A DNA stretch of 64,000 bases from an uncultured Mycoplasmatota bacterium (GCA_900542735.1 UQOS01000002.1:7545-71544), one strand, 5' to 3'; counted from the stretch's first letter, positions 50,384 to 59,465 are shown. The notes: a model not told the origin generated them from the letters alone. Program-made: numbers and translations.

Positions 50384-51119
50384 TATTCATTCCTCCAATT
50401 AACATATACTCTATAAAATTGTATGCAAAACTACGACAAATTATAAATTTGAGTATAAAAAGAACTAATTAATGATTAATTAATGATTAAATTTTGTTTC
50501 AATTTCAGCTTTCAAACGCTTAAATGCAATTGGCATAGCATAATCATTTTCCAACTCATCAAAAGTAGCACATGAAAATTCAGTTAGCTAGTAACTACTT
50601 TTCAAAAATATAATATATGAAAAAATATTTGAAAATTGCCACATTCCAGAAAGTAATCTTTATTTATCTCTTTTTGAAATTGCTATTAAATCTTTATAGA
50701 TAAATAATAAAGTTGTATAATTTTCCTTCGATTTTTCCTTTTTCGATAACTTAACTGATAGTGATAAGAAGGCCTTTTGACTATAGGCATGACAATAACG
50801 TATCTAAATGGCAATTAGCAAAATTTTCAATTGTTGGAAATTTCTAAATAAACCTATTATAATATGTGATAACGGCTTCAATCCTAGTTTGTTAAGGGAT
50901 AATTTCAGAATCCAAACATGATAGGAATTTTTATCTATTCTCCAAAGTAAAGCGCTTTTATTTTGGTAAAATAAATTCAATAATGGAAAAACAAAATCTT
51001 TCATAATATTGCACTACAGAATTAAATTATACAAAAATGATAAAAAAATTAAGGAAATTTCAGATTTTTGAAGTAAAGTTTAATTTTTTATAAATAATAT
51101 AATAGAGGGAGTGAATATT

Positions 51120-51857
51120 ATGACAAAAATAAGTATATTTCAAGAATTAAAAAATAAAGCCATTACTAATAAATGGATTGAAGGAAAAAGTAAAGGATTT
51201 GGTGATGCTGGTATTACACTGGAAGCAATCCTAGGAAAAGAAAGAGAAAATTTTGAATTACCAGATTATCAAGGAATAGAAATAAAGACAAAATATTCCA
51301 CAAAAGAAAGCTATATTACTTTATTTACTGCAGTACCAGATAGTTATTTATTTGAAATTAAAAGAATTGTTCGTGAATATGGATATCCAGATAGTAATTA
51401 TCCAGAATTCAAGGTCTTTAATTTATCACTATATGGAAATAGAAAGAAAAAACTTAATAATAATTATTTTTCTATATATGTAGATAGAAAAAATGAGAAA
51501 GTTGTATTAAGAGTTTATGATTTAAAACACAATATCATAGATGAACTAACAACATGGTCTTTTGAAATGTTAAAAGAAAAATTAGAAAGAAAGTTAAAGT
51601 ATTTAGCTATTATATATGCTGTTAGAAGATTGGAACATAACATTTCATATTATAAGTATACTAAAATCAACTGCTATGAATTAAAAGACTTTGAACAATT
51701 CTTGCTACTCTTAGAAAATGGAATGATCCGTATTACATTTCGTATCGGAATATATAAGTCAGGCAAACGATTTGGGCAAATATATGATCATGGAACTAGC
51801 TTTTCGATAGATGAATGTGATATAAATAGACTTTTTGATAAAATAAAAATTGATTAG
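51120..51857 (+). CDS. MvaI/BcnI-family (MutH-like, PD-(D/E)xK) restriction endonuclease-like protein
   Basis: ATG at 51120, 8 nt after AGGGAG. GDAGITLEAILGKERENFELPDYQGIEIKTK, ITLFTAVPD and IYDHGTSFSI are collinear with my recollection of BcnI (GVVGQILERQFGVQENNITLGDLGEFELKG, LTLF, HDRGPHLRI). No methyltransferase gene is adjacent. Confidence 0.65.
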   Translation: MTKISIFQELKNKAITNKWIEGKSKGFGDAGITLEAILGKERENFELPDYQGIEIKTKYSTKESYITLFTAVPDSYLFEIKRIVREYGYPDSNYPEFKVFNLSLYGNRKKKLNNNYFSIYVDRKNEKVVLRVYDLKHNIIDELTTWSFEMLKEKLERKLKYLAIIYAVRRLEHNISYYKYTKINCYELKDFEQFLLLLENGMIRITFRIGIYKSGKRFGQIYDHGTSFSIDECDINRLFDKIKID

Positions 51858-51895
51858 AGAACCGGTTATAGTTAAAGACCAAGGGGTAAAAAAAA

Positions 51896-51918
51896 AGCCT
51901 TATAAATAAGACTTTTTA
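51896..51918. terminator. bidirectional rho-independent terminator (nuclease gene / tRNA operon)
   Basis: AGCCTTA-TAAA-TAAGACT is flanked by A9 upstream and T5 downstream, so it works on both strands. Confidence 0.65.
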
Positions 51919-51926
51919 TAACCTAA

Positions 51927-52003
51927 TGGTCGGGAAGACAGGATTTGAACCTGCAACCCCTTGGTCCCAAACCAAGTGCTCTACCAAGTTGAGCCACTTC
52001 CCG
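51927..52003 (-). tRNA. tRNA-Pro (TGG)
   Basis: Acceptor CGGGAAG/CTTCCCG, anticodon arm CTTGG-TTTGGGA-CCAAG, T-loop TTCAAAT, encoded CCA. Confidence 0.9.
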
Positions 52004-52006
52004 ATA

Positions 52007-52083
52007 TGGTGCGCTCGAAGGGATTCGAACCCCTGACCTTTTGGTTCGTAGCCAAACACTCTATCCAGCTGAGCTACGAGCGC
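52007..52083 (-). tRNA. tRNA-Arg (ACG)
   Basis: Acceptor GCGCTCG/CGAGCGC, anticodon arm TTTGG-CTACGAA-CCAAA, encoded CCA. Confidence 0.9.
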
Positions 52084-52115
52084 ATGACCCATTTAACCGG
52101 TCAAATATTAAAAAT

Positions 52116-52191
<76 letters not shown>

Positions 52192-52196
52192 AAATA

Positions 52197-52273
52197 TGGC
52201 GGTCTCAACGGGACTCGGACCCGCGATCTTCTGCGTGACAGGCAGACGTGTTAACCAGCTGCACCATGAGACC
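52197..52273 (-). tRNA. tRNA-Asp (GTC) with a non-canonical T-loop (TCCGAGT)
   Basis: Acceptor GGTCTCA/TGAGACC, anticodon arm TCTGC-CTGTCAC-GCAGA, T-arm GCGGG-TCCGAGT-CCCGT, encoded CCA. Confidence 0.85.
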
Positions 52274-52277
52274 AATA

Positions 52278-52354
<77 letters not shown>

Positions 52355-52360
52355 ATATTG

Positions 52361-52453
52361 TGGCGGAGGAAAAGGGATTCGAACCCCTGCGCCGCTTGCA
52401 CGACCTCCCGGTTTTCAAGACCGGTCCCTTCAACCAGACTTGGGTATTCCTCC
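52361..52453 (-). tRNA. tRNA-Ser (TGA)
   Basis: Anticodon arm CCGGT-CTTGAAA-ACCGG, long variable arm, 93 nt, encoded CCA. Confidence 0.9.
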
Positions 52454-52455
52454 GT

Positions 52456-52544
52456 TGGTGCCTAAGGTCGGACTTGAACCGACACGAGTGTTGAAGCTCG
52501 CAGGATTTTAAGTCCTGTGCGTCTACCTATTCCGCCACTCAGGC
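52456..52544 (-). tRNA. tRNA-Leu (TAA)
   Basis: Anticodon arm CAGGA-CTTAAAA-TCCTG, long variable arm, 89 nt, encoded CCA. Confidence 0.9.
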
Positions 52545-52550
52545 ACATAA

Positions 52551-52626
52551 TGGTGTCCCGTTGGAGATTCGAACTCCAGACCCTCTGATTAAAAGTCAGA
52601 TGCTCTACCGGCTGAGCTAACGGAAC
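52551..52626 (-). tRNA. tRNA-Lys (TTT)
   Basis: Acceptor GTTCCGT/ACGGGAC, anticodon arm TCTGA-CTTTTAA-TCAGA, encoded CCA. Confidence 0.9.
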
Positions 52627-52645
52627 AAATAATAACTAATATAAA

Positions 52646-52720
52646 TGGCTGCCTCGGCTAGATTCGAACTAGCGCATGTCAGAGTCAAAGTCTGATGCCT
52701 TACCACTTGGCTACGAGGCA
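52646..52720 (-). tRNA. tRNA-Gln (TTG)
   Basis: Acceptor TGCCTCG/CGAGGCA (U1-A72), anticodon arm TCAGA-CTTTGAC-TCTGA, encoded CCA. Confidence 0.9.
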
Positions 52721-52726
52721 ATTTAG

Positions 52727-52810
52727 TGGTGGAGAGAGATGGATTCGAACCATCGAACCGTTAGGAACAGATTTACAGTCTGCCGCGTTTAGCCACTTCG
52801 CTACCTCTCC
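52727..52810 (-). tRNA. tRNA-Tyr (GTA)
   Basis: Anticodon arm GCAGA-CTGTAAA-TCTGT, long variable arm, 84 nt, encoded CCA. Confidence 0.9.
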
Positions 52811-52817
52811 AAAATAA

Positions 52818-52893
52818 TGGTGCCGAAAACAGGAATCGAACCCGTAACCTATTGATTACAAATCAATTGCTCTACCAATTGAGCTATTTCGGC
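52818..52893 (-). tRNA. tRNA-Thr (TGT)
   Basis: Acceptor GCCGAAA/TTTCGGC, anticodon arm ATTGA-TTTGTAA-TCAAT, encoded CCA. Confidence 0.9.
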
Positions 52894-52900
52894 ACATAAA

Positions 52901-52977
52901 TGGTGGGCGATATAGGACTCGAACCTATGACCCCCTGCTTGTAAGGCAGGTGCTCTAACCAACTGAGCTAATCGCCC
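52901..52977 (-). tRNA. tRNA-Val (TAC)
   Basis: Acceptor GGGCGAT/ATCGCCC, anticodon arm CCTGC-CTTACAA-GCAGG, encoded CCA. Confidence 0.9.
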
Positions 52978-53018
52978 GAAATATAATTGCCAACGAACAT
53001 AACGACTTGACAGTATCA

Positions 53019-53047
53019 AATATATCATTTTGAAATATATTTGTCAA
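53019..53047 (-). promoter_or_regulatory. strong sigma-A promoter with an extended -10, driving the 12-tRNA operon
   Basis: Minus strand has TTGACA (53047-42) and a 17-nt spacer ending in TGA, then TATATT (53024-19). It lies about 40 nt upstream of tRNA-Val. Confidence 0.65.
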
Positions 53048-53150
53048 TACAAATAATTGCTTTTTTTTATTTTTTTATAAATTTTAAAATTAAAGTGGGC
53101 AAACAAGCCCAAAAATTAGAATATTCAATATATTTAAAGTAACTAGATTA

Positions 53151-53519
53151 CTAAAATTTTTCACTCTTTGCATTAATTTCATCTAACTTGTCAGAAATCC
53201 ACCCAGATAAATTTTCTTCTAATGGGTCAAATCCTCTAGAAACTTCTTTTAATTTCTTTCTAGGATATTTATTTATTTTATAATTTAAATTTTTAATACT
53301 AAGTTTCACATGATATGTTTCAGAATCAACTTCTACAATTCTGGCATGTATAGTATCACCAATATCAACATAATCTCCTGTATTTTTAACAAAGCCATCA
53401 GATATTTCGGAAATATGTATTAATCCACTATAAAACTCATCTAAGCTTACAAATATTCCATATTTTTCAATACCAGTAACTTGCCCAGTTACAATTTTAC
53501 CTTTTTCGTATTTTAACAT
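53151..53519 (-). CDS. S1 RNA-binding domain protein (YugI/GSP13-like)
   Basis: Preferred start is the ATG at 53519 (MLKYEKGKIV), after AGGTG; the ORF extends to 53531. The S1 motif is GQVTGIEKYGIFVSLDEFYSGLIHISEISDGFVKN..GDTIHARIVEVD. Confidence 0.85.
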   Translation of the reverse strand: MLKYEKGKIVTGQVTGIEKYGIFVSLDEFYSGLIHISEISDGFVKNTGDYVDIGDTIHARIVEVDSETYHVKLSIKNLNYKINKYPRKKLKEVSRGFDPLEENLSGWISDKLDEINAKSEKF

Positions 53520-53583
53520 AAAGCACCTCATTTATATAACTATGCTATATTATAACAAAATTAATTTTTTTATTCAACTTATG

Positions 53584-53612
53584 TTGAAATAAAATTAAAA
53601 TAATCTTATAAT
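53584..53612 (+). promoter_or_regulatory. sigma-A promoter of the NifU-like gene
   Basis: TTGAAA (53584-89), a 17-nt spacer and TATAAT (53607-12). Confidence 0.55.
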
Positions 53613-53627
53613 GTTTTTGGTGATATT

Positions 53628-53870
53628 ATGAAAGAAACAGAAAAAAAAATTATTGAAATCATAGATAAAATAAGACCTTTTCTAATTAGTGATGGTGGAA
53701 ATATTGAATATATAAAATATGAAGACGGCATTGTATATGTAAAAATGATTGGACATTGTCAAGATTGCCCAATGATTGATTTAACATTAAAAGACAGTAT
53801 AGAAATGGCAATTACTAGTGAAATTCCTGAGGTAATTGAAGTAAGAAACATAAACGACAGTGAAATATAG
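53628..53870 (+). CDS. NifU-like (C-terminal domain) Fe-S cluster protein
   Basis: 80 aa. IRPFLISDGGNIEYIKYEDGIVYVKMIGHCQDCPMIDLTLKDSIE with a CxxC motif. Confidence 0.85.
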   Translation: MKETEKKIIEIIDKIRPFLISDGGNIEYIKYEDGIVYVKMIGHCQDCPMIDLTLKDSIEMAITSEIPEVIEVRNINDSEI

Positions 53871-53871
53871 T

Positions 53872-54786
53872 TTATGTTTCTTTTATTATCCAAGATAACA
53901 TAGGAATATCATATTTATTCATGAAAAAAGTGCCAATTTCTCTAATAAAATTTTCAAATTCCTCTGCTCTGCTTTCTAAAAGCAAAACATTAATATCAGA
54001 ACTATGAAGTATCATATTTTCTAAATCATCGAAGAAAAAACTTGGAAAAAGAATTCTAGCAAAAATCATTCTAATACCATATCTAGAAAAATAATTTCTG
54101 TCTAAATACTGACTTAAAATATCTAAGTCCCAAACTCTGTGCAAAAACATTGATTTAATATACTCACTAATATCTCTACTACTATGATCAATAATAATAT
54201 TCACAGGATTATAATAATCATACAACTCATAATCAATAGTAATTCGACTATGAGAAATCACAACCCTGTCACTATCTTCCTGTTCTTCTTCCTGAATAGT
54301 CTGTTTTAAATACAATAAGGCATTCTCAGCAATACCAATAAAATAATGAAATATTGGGTATATTTTTTTATAACTCTCCTTCTTTGAAAACAGTATTCTT
54401 TCAAAATAATCAATTTTATTTTCCCATAATCTCGTCCATGGGAAACGATTTAAATTTGAAATTTTGCCATGTACATCAATAAAATAATCATTTTTAATAT
54501 CAAAAATACTAATTTTACTATTAATCATATTGTTTAACTTTAACAATAAATATGGCTTATTTTCAATTAATGTAATATAGTTATTATCTTTATTTAAAAC
54601 AAATGAAAAAAAATAATAATATTGATTTAACTGATAATTAATTTCATTACAGTAGGAAATTATAGTAGGATTTTCACAGGTCTGAAGCATATATTTTTCA
54701 TTACCAATTTGAAAAAAATACTTGTTATTACTGAAATATATATTGTTAATATAAAATCCGTAATAATAATTAATAAAATTTTTCAT
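53872..54786 (-). CDS. yutH: YutH-like spore coat protein (CotS/kinase-like family)
   Basis: 304 aa. NYYYGFYINNIYF..NEKYML, RFPWTRLWENKIDYFE, FHYFIGIAENALLYL and IIIDHSSRDISEYI are collinear with B. subtilis YutH as I recall it. Confidence 0.6.
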   Translation of the reverse strand: MKNFINYYYGFYINNIYFSNNKYFFQIGNEKYMLQTCENPTIISYCNEINYQLNQYYYFFSFVLNKDNNYITLIENKPYLLLKLNNMINSKISIFDIKNDYFIDVHGKISNLNRFPWTRLWENKIDYFERILFSKKESYKKIYPIFHYFIGIAENALLYLKQTIQEEEQEDSDRVVISHSRITIDYELYDYYNPVNIIIDHSSRDISEYIKSMFLHRVWDLDILSQYLDRNYFSRYGIRMIFARILFPSFFFDDLENMILHSSDINVLLLESRAEEFENFIREIGTFFMNKYDIPMLSWIIKET

Positions 54787-54863
54787 ATTATCTACCTATA
54801 ATAAAATATGAAAAAAGCACTAAAAATATTAGTGCTTTTTGATTTAAATATCAATAATATAAA

Positions 54864-55907
54864 CTACGCAATCCTTTTAACTTTTTCCTCTTCATTTGAA
54901 ATTTCTGAAACTGCAGCATTACCAGAAGCATTAGTATTTTGTAAAGCATCTAAAATTGCTTGCTTTCTAGCAATACTTTCGTTAAAGTTCGTAATATTAC
55001 TACGACTACTATCCATTTTAGCTTGGAATTGTAAAATTTTATTTTCATTTTCCTGGCGTCTAATATTAGCAGATTTAATAGTATCTTCATAATCTTTACG
55101 AGCATTAACTAATGTATTAGATTGACTTTCATAAGCTGCAACTAATAACTTGTCTAATTCCAAATCTCTTTTTTTGGCTTCTGCCTCTTGTTTTTCAAGT
55201 TCACTAGCTTCTACACTAATCTTATTTAAATTTAAATCAGATGCATCAGCTTCTTCTTGTGCTAATCTTGCCTGCTCTTTAATATTTTTAATTGATTCTG
55301 TCTCATTACCTAATTTAGCAATATAATCATCAATATTAATAATAGTTTTTTCTTCTACAGAAACATTGGAATCAGTAGAAGGTAAGCTATTATTAGTATC
55401 ACTAACATTTTCAGAAACAATATTATCATGATTAACTACTGTTTCATTAACAGTGGTATCTGGATGTTCACTAACAATTGTAGATTGTTCTTGTGTTTTT
55501 TCTTTTTCTATTGCTTCCATTACTAAAGCAGTTGCATGATTTTGAATATTCTTTTCTTTATCTTCTTTTACATTAATTGGTTTAGCACTTCCTGAAACCA
55601 TTTCCAGCTTCATACTTGGAAATGGAATAATTTTATTTTTAACTGAAGTTAAAACACTACTCTTTTCCTCATTGCCTTCTACTTTTGTAGCAGTTGAAAA
55701 AGAAACAATACTATCTTCTTTCTCTTTTACAATTTCTTTATCATTATCTTTCAATTGCTTTCTTGAAAAATGAGGAACATTTTTAATATGTTTCTTTGAA
55801 TTAGCAAGACTCATACTTCTAAGTTTTATTTTTGAACTAGGCATCTGTGGCTCATTATCTATTACAGTATTCATTTCATCTTGTGTAATATTTAGTACAT
55901 TTTCCAT
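54864..55907 (-). CDS. hypothetical coiled-coil protein
   Basis: 347-aa ORF. The N-terminal half is low complexity. The C-terminal roughly 150 aa have a heptad-like, charged, coiled-coil character. Confidence 0.7.
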   Translation of the reverse strand: MENVLNITQDEMNTVIDNEPQMPSSKIKLRSMSLANSKKHIKNVPHFSRKQLKDNDKEIVKEKEDSIVSFSTATKVEGNEEKSSVLTSVKNKIIPFPSMKLEMVSGSAKPINVKEDKEKNIQNHATALVMEAIEKEKTQEQSTIVSEHPDTTVNETVVNHDNIVSENVSDTNNSLPSTDSNVSVEEKTIINIDDYIAKLGNETESIKNIKEQARLAQEEADASDLNLNKISVEASELEKQEAEAKKRDLELDKLLVAAYESQSNTLVNARKDYEDTIKSANIRRQENENKILQFQAKMDSSRSNITNFNESIARKQAILDALQNTNASGNAAVSEISNEEEKVKRIA

Positions 55908-55919
55908 TTTATCACCCTT

Positions 55920-56198
55920 CTAGTCATTTTTTGATAATTCTCTTAAAACATCTTTAATCTTTGACCATTCCTCATCACTTTCTATTGCGCCCATTTTAGG
56001 AATTTCACCACTTCTATCCACACTAGAAATATAAACAGTCACATTACCATTTTCATCTTTTTCATTTCTTGTATAAACTACGTATTCTTTTTTGGTATCA
56101 TTAAATGTAAAACAAATTAATAATTCTACTTCTTCTTTTGTTCCATCTTCTTTAATAATAGAAAGAACTTTTTTTTCTTCTTTATCTTTATTTGCCAT
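55920..56198 (-). CDS. DUF1292 (UPF0473) family protein
   Basis: 92 aa. EEVELLICFTFNDTKKEYVVYT...VYISSV...IESDEEWSKIKDVL. Confidence 0.8.
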   Translation of the reverse strand: MANKDKEEKKVLSIIKEDGTKEEVELLICFTFNDTKKEYVVYTRNEKDENGNVTVYISSVDRSGEIPKMGAIESDEEWSKIKDVLRELSKND

Positions 56199-56273
56199 AA
56201 CTTATCCTCCCTTTATTATCTAAGCTAATTGTAGCACATATTTCCCAATAAATTCAAGTGTTTTAGTGTTTTT

Positions 56274-56549
56274 TTATAACTTTTTTATTACATAATAACC
56301 ACAATTATAACTACAATACTCTTTCAAATATTCATGAACTTTCTCATAATCATTGTATTCCTGCAATTCCTTATTATTTTTGTTATAAAAACCTTTTAAT
56401 CTTAACTTACCATATGAATAATCTCCTAGAACATAATCAAAGGTTTCAAAATAATCCGTAAATTTATCAGTTAACTCTTCTAAATTAAAAACATTTTTAT
56501 AATTTTCTATTACTTCATAATGACAATCATTTAAAACTATATTCTTCAT
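56274..56549 (-). CDS. yutD: YutD-like (DUF1027) protein
   Basis: 91 aa. FNLEELTDKFTDYFETFDYVLGDYSYGKLRLKGFY matches the YutD signature. Confidence 0.75.
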   Translation of the reverse strand: MKNIVLNDCHYEVIENYKNVFNLEELTDKFTDYFETFDYVLGDYSYGKLRLKGFYNKNNKELQEYNDYEKVHEYLKEYCSYNCGYYVIKKL

Positions 56550-56796
56550 GTATCCTTTTCTCCAATCTTGCTTTGATAATAGCAGTGTACCAAATTTCTA
56601 ACGAAAAGTCATCAAAATCACAAATAAAAGACACATGATATGTTAATATAGCCTATGGATCAAAAGAAACTATAAATTCATGTGTCATATATATTATACA
56701 CTTATTTTAAATAATTTAAACAAAAAATTGTTTCTTTTTTAAACAAAAAATTGTTTTTTTTGATTAGAAAGAGGGAATAAATATAAAAATATGTCA

Positions 56797-57561
56797 TTAC
56801 TTATCTAAAGGAATCGAGTAAAGAGAAGAATCTTTCACTAAACCACTTCCATAATAATTTGGTACAGTTCCTTGTATCATTTTAATTGCAAGAGGTATAT
56901 CACAGTTCAAAACCATCTTGTCAGTTAAAAAAGGAAGAATAATTTGTGCTGTCATCTCTAGTTTTACTCCAATTTTAACTAAAGCATTATTAATTCCATA
57001 AGGGGTAATTTCAGTAGTAATGTTACTATTCACATCTCCAACATAATGTAGGCGAATTGGAATTTCAGGACCTATATTTGCTAACAAGGAATTTTTAGTG
57101 ATAACGCCAATAGGAATTTTAGCAATTATTCCTTTCTTCAAATCATTAATTCTATCTTCAGGTAAATCCATATCATAAATTCCTATATTATCTAAGTTAC
57201 CCTCCTCTAATAACTTTAAATTATTCTGAACAACACTAGTAGCAATATTTAAGACTTGGTTAACAATAATAGGATTAAAGTCAATTGTTTGAATTTGACC
57301 GTTATTATCTATAATGGTATCGAATAAATTATCAGTATTAATTTTGTCTTCTAGCACCTGAGCAATTGCCTTATTTATAACGATTGTAGAAAACTTGCCT
57401 ATTTCAAGTTCAGCTGTTTCAACCAAAATAGGAGTAAATCGTTTGTTAATATAATTTAAAGATAGAATAACACCCAAAGCACTAAATAACATGGTCACAA
57501 ATAAAAACTTTTTCTTACTAATCTTTCTTCTTTTTTTCTTTAAATGAATCCTCTGTTTCAT
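56797..57561 (-). CDS. yunB: sporulation protein YunB
   Basis: 254 aa. Basic N-terminus plus TM, then LEIGKFSTIVINKAI..., IPIGVITKNSLLANIGPEIPIRL and ITPYGINNALVKIGVKLEMTAQIILPF. Confidence 0.8.
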   Translation of the reverse strand: MKQRIHLKKKRRKISKKKFLFVTMLFSALGVILSLNYINKRFTPILVETAELEIGKFSTIVINKAIAQVLEDKINTDNLFDTIIDNNGQIQTIDFNPIIVNQVLNIATSVVQNNLKLLEEGNLDNIGIYDMDLPEDRINDLKKGIIAKIPIGVITKNSLLANIGPEIPIRLHYVGDVNSNITTEITPYGINNALVKIGVKLEMTAQIILPFLTDKMVLNCDIPLAIKMIQGTVPNYYGSGLVKDSSLYSIPLDK

Positions 57562-57772
57562 ACCTACCTTCTCCTACATTAATCTTATGTAATAGAAAAA
57601 AAAGTAGAAAACATAAACAATTCCTAAAAAATAGTACCACTAAATAATGTTTCAAAAAAAAAGCACCTAGAAATTAACTAAATTCTATTTGCCACTATAC
57701 AAAAAATGAAATTTATATTAAACCATTAGTGCCTTAGATTTGTCTTTTAACAACTTCCTATATTCTTTCTTT

Positions 57773-58171
57773 TTAAAAGGAAAAGAAATTTCTAACAATT
57801 CCATACATTAAACAAAAAATTAGAAAAAATATAGTTAAATTTCTAGGATAAATGCTAGAAAAAGAAACAAATTTTCTATGTTGAAAAAAAGAATATGCAT
57901 TATAAAATGCGTAAATACTAAAAATGGGAATTAAAAAAATTATCAGAAAATTATAATAAATTGCTTGCAAAAAATTACCATTAGAAATAGCAATAAATGC
58001 CCTAGTCATTCCACATCCGGGACACAATAGCCCAGTAAATTCATGAAATACACAAGGAATATGAATGTATTTACCGAAACACCAAACAAATAGCCAGCCT
58101 AAAAATAAAAGAAGAAAAAAGAAAAAAATAGCTAATACCTTTTTAATCATACTTTTCATCATTGCATTCAT
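57773..58171 (-). CDS. DUF2752 family membrane protein
   Basis: 132 aa. The CPGCGMTRAF motif is followed by TM helices. Confidence 0.8.
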   Translation of the reverse strand: MNAMMKSMIKKVLAIFFFFLLLFLGWLFVWCFGKYIHIPCVFHEFTGLLCPGCGMTRAFIAISNGNFLQAIYYNFLIIFLIPIFSIYAFYNAYSFFQHRKFVSFSSIYPRNLTIFFLIFCLMYGIVRNFFSF

Positions 58172-58186
58172 AAATAATACTTAAAG

Positions 58187-58552
58187 CTACTTTGAATAGT
58201 CAAAATCTGCAAGTCTATTAAGTTCACTTTGAATTAAAATATAACTAATAAAATCAAATTTTAATAAAGAAAGAATTAAATAAACTGCTGAATTATCAGT
58301 AGCTGGTAAATTGCGTTTTTGCTGAGCTATAAATATTCTCTTACCCATTTGGTAATTCCAGTACCAAGTATAAAAACCACAAGTAATAAGAGAAAGCAAA
58401 AAGCTAGTAACACCATCCATAGAATCGTCCCCACTTGCTTTAGAACAGTCATCAGTAATTCTTATAAACCAAAAAATAGTATAAATACCACAAGTGATAA
58501 TAGAAAGTAATACACAGGTAACAATATCTTTTTTCTGTACTCTAGAAATCAT
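58187..58552 (-). CDS. DUF4234 family membrane protein
   Basis: Start moved to the ATG at 58552 (MISRVQKKD), 6 nt after AGGAGG. Duplicated TCG.YT..W motifs (ITCGIYTIFWF, ITCGFYTWYWNY). Confidence 0.8.
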   Translation of the reverse strand: MISRVQKKDIVTCVLLSIITCGIYTIFWFIRITDDCSKASGDDSMDGVTSFLLSLITCGFYTWYWNYQMGKRIFIAQQKRNLPATDNSAVYLILSLLKFDFISYILIQSELNRLADFDYSK

Positions 58553-58568
58553 AAAAAACCTCCTAAAA

Positions 58569-59465
58569 TTAAATAAATCTATAAACAATATAACCAACAA
58601 TTGCAATTACTAAAACAATAAAACAAACAAGAAATATTTTCTTTGTCGTACTCATTTTAGATTCTTCTAAAAAAGAATCATCGTCACTATCGTCATCATC
58701 TATTTCAAAATCTTCCTTAGATAAATCCATAGATTTTGTATAAAAAGAACGATCTATTTCCATTTCATTAGTTGTATCTTTTAAAAAATCTTCTTTATCA
58801 GAATCCTCTTTATCAGAATCTTCATTAACCTTATTTTTTTCTAAAGCAATGTCTTCTGTATCTTCAATACTTGCTAATAACTCCTTAGAAATAATAGTTT
58901 CATCTTCCTCTGTTGGAAGTAAATCACTTAGCAATTCATCATCTATTTTTTTTCTTAAGCTATTAGAAGTAATGGTATGAATTAGCTCCTCCAAATTTTC
59001 TTCTTCATCTTTGGACATTTTCTTTTTATTTTCACGATACTCAGCCAATTTTTCTTTGCTCAAATCAGATAAAATACTATATTCTACCGTCTTTAGGCGT
59101 TTCTTTTCATCATTACTAGTAAGACTTCTGTTTTTCCTAGCTTCACTTAAAATATCATTAATATCATAATTTTTTTCTGATGGATCTTCGATAATTTTAT
59201 CGATAGAATTTGGAAAAGCCACTTTTTCTTCTACTACATCGGCTCTATAATTAGGAAAACTAGCTTTATTTTTTTGATAATTTTCTCTCCTATTTGAGCT
59301 ACTAGAAGTACCACTCGTTAAATCTAGTACGTTATTATTAATTTCTGAAAACTCTGTTACAACTTTATTATTATATAAAGATTCATACAAATGTTCATTT
59401 TTTTGAAAACGGCTTTGATTTGCTGGAATAGATTCTGAATGATATTTATCCATTCTACTTACCAT
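58569..59465 (-). CDS. acidic hypothetical protein with a C-terminal TM anchor
   Basis: Start moved to the ATG at 59465 (MVSRMDKYH), 7 nt after AGGGAG. Highly Glu/Asp/Lys-rich. The C-terminus is KIFLVCFIVLVIAIVGYIVYRFI. Confidence 0.75.
   Translation of the reverse strand: MVSRMDKYHSESIPANQSRFQKNEHLYESLYNNKVVTEFSEINNNVLDLTSGTSSSSNRRENYQKNKASFPNYRADVVEEKVAFPNSIDKIIEDPSEKNYDINDILSEARKNRSLTSNDEKKRLKTVEYSILSDLSKEKLAEYRENKKKMSKDEEENLEELIHTITSNSLRKKIDDELLSDLLPTEEDETIISKELLASIEDTEDIALEKNKVNEDSDKEDSDKEDFLKDTTNEMEIDRSFYTKSMDLSKEDFEIDDDDSDDDSFLEESKMSTTKKIFLVCFIVLVIAIVGYIVYRFI

Noticed and set aside
50804-51004. The 66-aa ORF in the gap upstream of the nuclease gene.
   Set aside because: It has no RBS and no recognisable motif, and it sits among other broken frames. 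I treat it as part of a decayed region rather than a gene.
56719-56765. A tandem duplicate of a 22-23-nt AAACAAAAAATTGTTT(C)TTTTTT element after yunB, and a 9-bp inverted repeat (56630-56686).
   Set aside because: These are weak all-A/T hairpins typical of AT-rich intergenic terminators, and nothing suggests a specific function. They are noted only as low-confidence terminator-like structures.
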